DNA from: Octopus sinensis
Taxonomy: Eukaryota
Length of the DNA stretch: 15,064 nt
NCBI RefSeq assembly: GCF_006345805.1
Contig: NW_021825598.1
Span: 1-15,064, forward strand
Reading direction: 5' to 3'
A program made the position numbers and the translations under genes. This document shows positions 8,069 to 15,064 of this stretch, piece by piece (positions within the stretch are counted from its first letter, which is position 1; every line of letters starts with the position of its first letter). The notes beneath the pieces are model-generated. The model searched no databases. It saw only the letters and a list, made by a program, of their open reading frames with translations, and had not been told where the DNA came from.

Positions 8069-10019
8069 TATCGGATAAAATCCAAAAAATTCCCTCCTAG
8101 GATTAAAGGCTTGGAAGATTTCGAAACGGACCTGCTGAAGATCATGAGCAAAATAAAGTTTCGTAAGTCTTTTAACATTTCCACATAAATTGAAAAAAGA
8201 TATTGATCATATAAAAAGCTCCAAGAAAAAAGCACTTTTTTCGGATAAAACCAAGAACTTATACCTGGTAGATAACAGCTACACACACTCTTACACAACA
8301 GCATCATTAATAATTATACTAAGGCTAGGGCACAGACATATAACGAAATTAATAAAGAAGCTAGCGTCATCGCCGCTAAACTTAAATTAGATAAAAAAAT
8401 AGAAACCCTCCCCTAAAAGAGGCTTTATTACTATTAAAGACCACAAAGAAAACTTCCTTTCCAACCCTAAATGTAGGCTTATCAACCCAGCCAAGTCAGA
8501 ACTAGGGATTATTAGCAAAGAAATTTTAGATAAAATAAATACGAAAATTAAGACCGATACTAGGCTAGTGCAATGGTCAATAGTATAGAAGTCGTAGACT
8601 GGTTTAAAGCTATTAAGAATAAGAAAAAAGCGAGGTTTACACAATTCGATATTGTTGATTTTTATGCCTCTATCTCTAAAGAACTGCTAGATAAAGCCCT
8701 AATCTTCGCTAGTGACTTCATAGAAATTAGTACCAATGATAAGGATATAATCTTCCATGCTAGAAAGACATTACTTTTCAGTGAGAATGCAAAGTGGGTA
8801 AAAAACACCGACACGGAGGGCGCTTTCGATGTGAGCATGGGTTCATATGATGGGGCAGGCATCTGTGATCTAATTGGACTCTTTCTCCTAGATACCTTCG
8901 GTAAGACATTCCCTAACGTACATTTCGCCATCTACAAAGATGATGCCCTCGCCTTAACAGCTAATACAAATGGACCAGCACAAGATCGTTTTAGGAAGGA
9001 TATTATCCATTAATGAAACACTTCGGACTTAGTATAACTATAGACACTAACCTGACGGTTGTCAATTTCTTAGACGTTTCCTTAGATCTTAATAATAATA
9101 TTTATAAGCCTTATAGGAAGCCCAATGATAGACTAAGTTATATTAATGTAGGTTCATGCCATCCCCCTATAGTATTCAAAAATTTAGTTAAAAATATTAG
9201 TAAGAGGATTTCTAGCCTCTCATCTAATGAGGACATCTTCAATAGCGTTGCCCCAGTTTATAATAAAGCTTTAAAAGATAGTGGTTTTAGCGAAAAAATA
9301 AAATATACACCTATCACCAGCCCAACATAAGGAAAAGGAATAATAGAAATAGGAAGGTCATCTGGTTTACGCCCCCTTACTCACCCGAGGTGGCCTTCAA
9401 TATAGGTAAATATTTCCTAGCACTGATAGATAGACATTTTCCAGTTAACCATGCTTATAGGAAACTCTTTAATAGACACAATTTAAAAATTAGTTTTAGT
9501 TCAACTACCAATTTAAAAACATAATCAATCATAATATACAAAAAACACAAGAAGAAAACAGCTGTTCATGCAGGAATAAAGAATTGTGCCCGCTAAATGG
9601 AGCTTGCATGTCCAAGACCATCATATATGAAGCTACCGTAAACTCTATAACCACTAAAGACACCGTTTCGACGAAGAAATACGTGGGCCTGACAGAGGGT
9701 AATTTCAAGGCCAGGTTCAATAACCACACTTTGAGCTTTAGGCACTGGAACAAAAGAAAAGCGACACAATTATCCAATCATATTGGTCTTTAAGAGATAA
9801 AGGTGTCGATTATAACATACAATGGAAGATTTTGGCCAGATGTAAGCCCTATACTAACGGCAGCGGAAGGTGCGGTTTATGCGACATGGAGAGATGGCTT
9901 ATCTGGAAAGCAGCTTAGACCCTACCACATGTCTAAATACAAGGACAGAGCTTTTCGGATCATGCCCACATGTGACTAAATTTCTGTTACGTTTTTGGTC
10001 CCCTAAAGAAAACGGATAG
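8069..10019 (+). pseudogene. PLE reverse transcriptase plus C-terminal GIY-YIG endonuclease (~650 codons, N-terminus missing, frameshifted as assembled); tentatively Hydra-clade-like
   Basis: SDKT, KDHK, CRLINPAKS, FDIVDFY (8645), MGSYDG, YKDD (8933-8944), FLDV, YRKP, HPP; CSC-x5-CP-x4-C linker; IIY(9620)...YVG(9680), FKARF-x2-H, CGLC-x2-E, LN, C-x-H. The clade label is from memory of the family and was not tested. Confidence 0.9.
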
Positions 10020-10211
10020 AACATGCTTTCTGTGTTATGTCCCAAGAAGATTTTATATATTTTATATATTTTTATATATTTTTATGTATTTTTATATAAT
10101 TTTTATGACGAAAAATGCGAGCGATGTATAGTACGCAGGCAAAGCAGAGTTATAACAGAGTAATTTCCCTTCATTTTTAACGGTATTTTTTCATAACGTT
10201 TTCAAATAGCC

Positions 10212-10274
10212 AGATAACCGAAGAGATGGTGTTGTGGATTTCCACTTCGGCATCTGAAACTCAGAGTTTTATCT
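10212..10274 (+). ncRNA. Variant minimal type I hammerhead-like motif in the PLE 3' UTR/pLTR (right copy)
   Basis: Stem I AGATAA(10212-17)/TTATCT(10269-74); core CCGAAGA (U4C variant); stem II GATG/CATC with inner GTGG/CCAC; extra T10255; GAAA(10256-59); stem III ACTC-A-GAGT; GUU site at 10266-68. Confidence 0.65.
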
Positions 10275-10304
10275 TGACTACCGAGTAATGTAACATATTG
10301 TATA

Positions 10305-10601
10305 GATATATATATATATATATATGGGGGTGTATGTATGTATGCATGCATGTATGTACGTATATATGTATGTATATATGTGTGTATATGTATGTATTAT
10401 GTATGTATTATGTAATGTATTTATGTATGTATGTATTTTGTGCTGTTACAAAAAAACATATATATGCTTCGTGGTGCGCTCGAATAAATAAATAAATATT
10501 ATATATATTATAATATATTATATATATATATATATATATATTATAGTATATATAATATATTATATATATATATGTATATATATATATACACATATATATA
10601 T
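10305..10601. repeat. (TA)n and degenerate (TATG)n microsatellite region
   Basis: Read directly from the sequence; interrupted by a short unique stretch at ~10440-10496. Confidence 0.85.
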
Positions 10602-10739
10602 TTAAACACACATTGTCATGGAAGTAACGTTTTTGATGAGGCGTTCCAACAGTGACCATCCCCTTTAAAATAATCCTGACATAGCCAAAACCATCTCATT
10701 TTTTAAATTAAAATCAGTAGAGTGAGAATTACGGGCAAT

Positions 10740-10802
10740 TTAAATAAGTAACAGTTATGCAGTGCGGTCAATGTAATCGACTTAATCCCTTTGTCTGTCC
10801 TT
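10740..10802 (+). repeat. Inverted fragment of the adjacent SINE D array unit
   Basis: TAAATAAGTAACAGTTATGCA...ATGTAATCGACTTAATCCC...TGTCTGTCCTT is the near reverse complement of 11062-11123 and 10845-10907. Confidence 0.85.
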
Positions 10803-11907
10803 ATTTCTTTATTGCCCATAAGGGGCTAAACATAGAGGGACAACCAAAGACAGAGAACTGGATTAAGTCGATTATATCGACCCCAGTACATAACTGTTAC
10901 TTATTTAATAGACCCCGAAAGGATGAAAGGCAAAGTCGACCTCGGCGGAATTTGAAATCAGAACGTAACGGCAGACGAAATACTGCTAAGCATTCCGCCG
11001 GCGTGCTAACGTTTCTTATTTCTTTATTGCCCACAAGGGGCCAAATATAGAGGGGACAACCAAGGACAGACAACGGGATTAAGTCGATTACATCGACACC
11101 AGTGCATAACTGTTACTTATTTAATAGACCTCGAAAGGATGAAAGGCAAAGTCGACCTCGGCGGAATTTGAAATCAGAACGTAACGGCAGACGAAATACT
11201 GCTAAGCATTCCGCCGGCGTGCTAACGTTTCTTATTTCTTTATTGCCCACAAGGGGCCAAATATAGAGGGGACAACCAAGGACAGACAACGGGATTAAGT
11301 CGATTACATCGACACCAGTGCATAACTGTTACTTATTTAATAGACCTCGAAAGGATGAAAGGCAAAGTCGACCTCGGCGGAATTTGAAATCAGAACGTAA
11401 CGGCAGACGAAATACTGCTAAGCATTTCGCCCGGCGTGCCAACGTTTCTTATTTCTTTACTGCCCACAAGGGCTACACCAGAGAGAGGACAAACAAGGAC
11501 AGACAAACGGAATAAGTCGATTACATCGACCCCCAGTGCGTAATTGGTACTTATTTTATCGACCCCGAAAGGATGAAAGGCAAAGTCGACCTCGGCGGAA
11601 TTTGAAATCAAACGTAACGGCAGACGAAATACTGCTAAGCATTTCGCCCGGCGTGCCAACGTTTCTTATTTCTTTACTGCCCACAAGGGGCTACACACAG
11701 AGAGAGGACAAACAAGGACAGACAAACGGAATAAGTCGATTACATCGACCCCAGTGCGTAATTGGTACTTAATTTATCGACCCCGAAAGGATGAAAGGCA
11801 AAGTCGACCTCGGCGGAATTTGAAATCAGAACGTAACGGTAGACGAAATACTGCTGACCATTTCGCCCTTCGCCCGGCGTGCTAACGTTTCTGCCAGCTC
11901 GTCCCCT
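10803..11907 (-). repeat. Tandem array of five 216-218 bp copies of a tRNA-derived SINE (family D)
   Basis: GGATGAAAGGCAAAGTCGACC starts at 10921, 11137, 11353, 11571 and 11789. The minus-strand head GGGGACGAGCTGGCAGAAACGTTAGC...GATTTCAAATTCC (A/B-box-like) is complete only in the rightmost unit. Confidence 0.9.
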
Positions 11908-12162
11908 TAAGCAAGGTTCTTACCATACAGCTACGCCTGCTCCTTAGTTACAAGCTGCTGATTCATAGAAATTTATTCTTCGTTCTGTAGTAAAAAAAAA
12001 GAATAGACATTGAATCTTATACGTATCGTCTCCACCATCCTCGATAGTATGGTTGGATATTTTTAGAATACACAGCTAGAATGTTCCAAGTATTTCTATG
12101 AATTTTAAAGCTATAGAATTACTGCTTTGTCCGTGTAGGTGTGTTGAATTCAACATTGGCAC

Positions 12163-12203
12163 GTATGTATGTACGTATGTATATATGTATGTATGTATGT
12201 TTG

Positions 12204-12271
<68 letters not shown>

Positions 12272-12367
12272 CATCTATCTATCTTTCTATCTATCTATCT
12301 ACCTGTCCGTCTATCTATTTATCTGTCTATTTATCATTGCATTTTGCTAGCTATTTATTTCTCTATT

Positions 12368-12400
<33 letters not shown>

Positions 12401-12520
12401 ACCTATCTATCTATCTATATATATGTATATATATATACATGTATGTATGTATGTATGTATGTATGTATGTATGTATGTATGTATGTATGTATGTATGTAT
12501 GTTTGTATGTATGTATGTAT
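12163..12520. repeat. (TATG)n/(TATC)n/(CT)n compound microsatellite
   Basis: Read directly from the sequence; it accounts for the spurious ORFs here. Confidence 0.95.
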
Positions 12521-12783
12521 TATGTACGTATCTGTATAATACCTTATGGAGCAGAAATACAGCCAACAAAGACGAATGAAGGTATATTAAATATGATACA
12601 GTATAAAATATTGATTGCTTGAAATTACCTTCCTTTCAAGGAAAAAAAAAGAACGTAAAAGATACCACATAAAATCTCGAACGACTCCGTTTGAGGAAAG
12701 AAGATAATGTCTGGAATTCTTCGAAATTGAAATTATTTTAAGCGAAACTCACTGACTATCTTCAAACATACAAACACTTCACA

Positions 12784-12792
12784 TATATATGC

Positions 12793-12850
<58 letters not shown>

Positions 12851-12932
12851 TATTCATATATAATTATACATATATACAGATATATATATATATTTAAGTA
12901 TTATAATAATTAAATATATATATATATATAAA

Positions 12933-12965
<33 letters not shown>
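12784..12965. repeat. (TA)n-rich microsatellite
   Basis: Read directly from the sequence. Confidence 0.95.
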
Positions 12966-13328
12966 CGTAAATACCTAGAAAGATACACAACTATACATAC
13001 ATACAAATACATGCATATACAATAATTTCGAAATTTTTGATGTTTATGTTAAATTTACCATCTACTCCTCAAAACTTTTAATTTCACCACTAATCTCTGA
13101 ACTTCTTCTTCAAAATCTATTCTTTGTTGTCTTCATTTACTGAATAATTCATCTTAATCCATAATAATAAACATCCAGTTGTACCTACTCCCACATATTT
13201 CCACTCAGAAACGTCGATTTAAGTCTTCCTCGTAGATTTAGATAAAATGTAGGTATGTGCGTAACATACGCAGTAGACGTACAAACACGGGAAATCTAAT
13301 TATTTCTCCGTAGATTGAAACGATGATC

Positions 13329-13378
13329 AACAGCCATAATCGATTTTCAGACCATATTGCGTTCTCCTCAGGGGTGTC
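13329..13378 (-). ncRNA. Degenerate minimal hammerhead-like motif (possible PLE pLTR remnant)
   Basis: Minus strand: GACACCC CTGAGGA GAAC-gcaatat-GGTC T GAAA ATCGAT TA TGGCTGTT. Core intact, palindromic stem III AATCGATT, one mismatch in stem II, imperfect stem I. Confidence 0.5.
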
Positions 13379-13494
13379 TACGTAGATTTAACCAATCCCG
13401 GTAAATACCTCTCTGTTTATCTATCTGTCTATCACTCTGTCTATCTATTTATCGATGCATACATACATGCATATGCATATATGTGTGTTGTTTA

Positions 13495-13496
<2 letters not shown>

Positions 13497-13536
<40 letters not shown>

Positions 13537-13566
13537 TATATATATTGCATATTTATACATACATGC

Positions 13567-13605
<39 letters not shown>

Positions 13606-13640
13606 CTATATTATATATATACATATATATCTATATATAA
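13497..13640. repeat. (TA)n-rich microsatellite
   Basis: Read directly from the sequence. Confidence 0.95.
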
Positions 13641-13641
13641 A

Positions 13642-14073
13642 TGCGCCCTTTTAAAGCCTAGCCAGGCTCATGGGACCGGTTTCCCGGTTTTCATGGCGTA
13701 TTTCCGTGGAATAAGCTGCCAGACGAGATGATGAAGATGCCGACGACCGCTCGGTTCAAAGTCTCCCTTGACCACAAGTGGCCTGAACTCTTTACATGAA
13801 CACCACCCTGTACATAACTCCATGTCCCCCTACATGGCTTTGCTTTTTGCTTTTTGAGCCAAAAAATTAACTAACTAACTAACTAACATGTGTTCCCAAG
13901 CTGGATGGGACGCCAGTCCATCGCAGCGGTACTCATTTTTGCCAGCTGGGCGGACTGGAGCAACGTGAAATGAAGTGTTTTGCTCTAGAACACAACGCAT
14001 CGCCCAGTCCAGGAATCGAAACCACAATCTTACGATCATGATGCTAACACCCTAACCACTAAGCCACGCGCCT

Positions 14074-14075
<2 letters not shown>
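13642..14075 (-). mobile_element. tRNA-derived SINE (family C), interrupted by a LINE fragment
   Basis: Minus-strand head GGAGGCGCGTGGCTTAGTGGTTAGGGTG...GGTTTCGATTCC, homologous to 4328-4594. Confidence 0.85.
13701..13887 (+). mobile_element. 5'-truncated CR1/L2-type LINE 3' end
   Basis: 13701-13799 translates to FPWNKLPDEMMKMPTTARFKVSLDHKWPELFT* (the WNxLP...FKxxLD ORF2 C-terminal motif), followed by a short 3' UTR with hairpin CCATGT/ACATGG and a (TAAC)5 tail at 13868-13887. Confidence 0.82.
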
Positions 14076-14112
<37 letters not shown>

Positions 14113-14150
14113 ACACACACATATATATATATATATAGATAGATATATAT
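14075..14150. repeat. (CA)n/(TA)n microsatellite
   Basis: Read directly from the sequence. Confidence 0.9.
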
Positions 14151-14345
14151 CAAAAGAATGTATTATAATACAATTCCACAACCATACAAACAATCCAACA
14201 TACATCCATCATCAGCTGCCCCACGGATATCATTATGGTTTCGACTCCTGGGAAGTACCAGTCAATCCGGTGGTGTCACCAGCACCTAAATAAGTGTTGT
14301 TTGGGAACAAACAATCAAATAAACCACAACTTTCAAACACATTTG

Positions 14346-14418
14346 TATATATATATATATATTATATATATATATATATATAATATATATATTATATACA
14401 TATATATACATATGAGTA

Positions 14419-14472
<54 letters not shown>

Positions 14473-14512
14473 TATTCATATGTATATATATGTATACATA
14501 TACATATATATA
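14346..14512. repeat. (TA)n-rich microsatellite
   Basis: Read directly from the sequence. Confidence 0.95.
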
Positions 14513-14642
14513 ATTTCTGCATGTATTTATGTGTGTGAGTGTGAAGTTAGGGGAATAGATAAGGTGATAGATAAAGAGCGAGAAAAGAATACGCGCATAG
14601 TTAGAGAGATAGTGATACAAACAAACAGACAGGTACGTAGAC

Positions 14643-14686
14643 AGATACATAGACAGAGATAGATAGATAGATAGATACATAGACAG

Positions 14687-14727
<41 letters not shown>

Positions 14728-14780
14728 CATACATACATACATACATACATACATACATACATACATACATACATACATAC
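14643..14780. repeat. (GATA)n/(CATA)n compound microsatellite
   Basis: Read directly from the sequence. Confidence 0.95.
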
Positions 14781-15064
14781 GTACAGACTGTGATATATAC
14801 GCAGATGCAGAGGTGGATAGAGTGATATATACATGTGTGCAGTGAATGAGCACAAACATATTTTTAGATAGGTTGGTAGACTAAAAGATGGAGAGGGACA
14901 GAGGGGGGGGGGCGAATGGAGAGAGAGAGTGGGTGCGGGGGGGATGGAGAAATGGAGAGATATATTAAGAAACAGGTAAACAATAAGGAACAATAAGATA
15001 AAAGGCGAAGTTGAAAGAAGATGGAGAATATAAATATAAAGACAAAACCCAAGTTCAAAGAACG

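Larger units (their letters stand above)
8065..10308 (+). mobile_element. Penelope-like retroelement (EN+), 5'-truncated, right arm of the palindrome
   Basis: Single RT-EN reading frame in pieces, then a 3' UTR with an HHR-like motif, ending in (TA)n. Confidence 0.92.

Noticed and set aside
8135-8150. CTGAAGA inside the PLE ORF (and its mirror at ~7944)
   Set aside because: It lies in coding sequence with no accompanying stem II-GAAA architecture.
6305-9777. Antisense ORFs over the PLE arms (e.g. 6305-6580, 7560-8052, 8387-8931, 9529-9777)
   Set aside because: They are shadow frames of the RT/EN coding strand.
10803-11907. Tandem array as a CRISPR array or hammerhead retrozyme
   Set aside because: There are no unique spacers and no CTGANGA core on either strand; the units have a tRNA-like SINE head.
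214-15058. ORFs rich in YI, SIYL, CV, HT or MYVC repeats, and ORFs within SINEs
   Set aside because: They are translations of microsatellites or SINE bodies with no protein-family motifs.

Overview
AT-rich, microsatellite-dense animal DNA with no supportable host exon; the repeat content suggests a coleoid cephalopod such as octopus (inference). The main feature is a ~4.6 kb head-to-head palindrome (5707-10308) of a 5'-truncated Penelope-like retroelement (RT plus C-terminal GIY-YIG endonuclease). It sits in (TA)n, has a stuttered fold-back junction, and carries a hammerhead ribozyme (HHR)-like motif near each outer end. Three further, unrelated minimal type I HHR-like motifs occur at 615-672, 2919-2977 and 13329-13378, and a fragmentary one at 14221-14275. 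Three of the distinct motifs share one non-canonical feature: an extra nucleotide between stem II and the GAAA core. The window also holds an internally deleted mariner, four tRNA-derived SINE families (one amplified into a 5-unit tandem array), a CR1/L2-type LINE 3' end nested in a SINE, a diverged ~1 kb inverted-repeat element, a minisatellite and many microsatellites. All alignments and RNA folds were done by eye, and boundaries are approximate.
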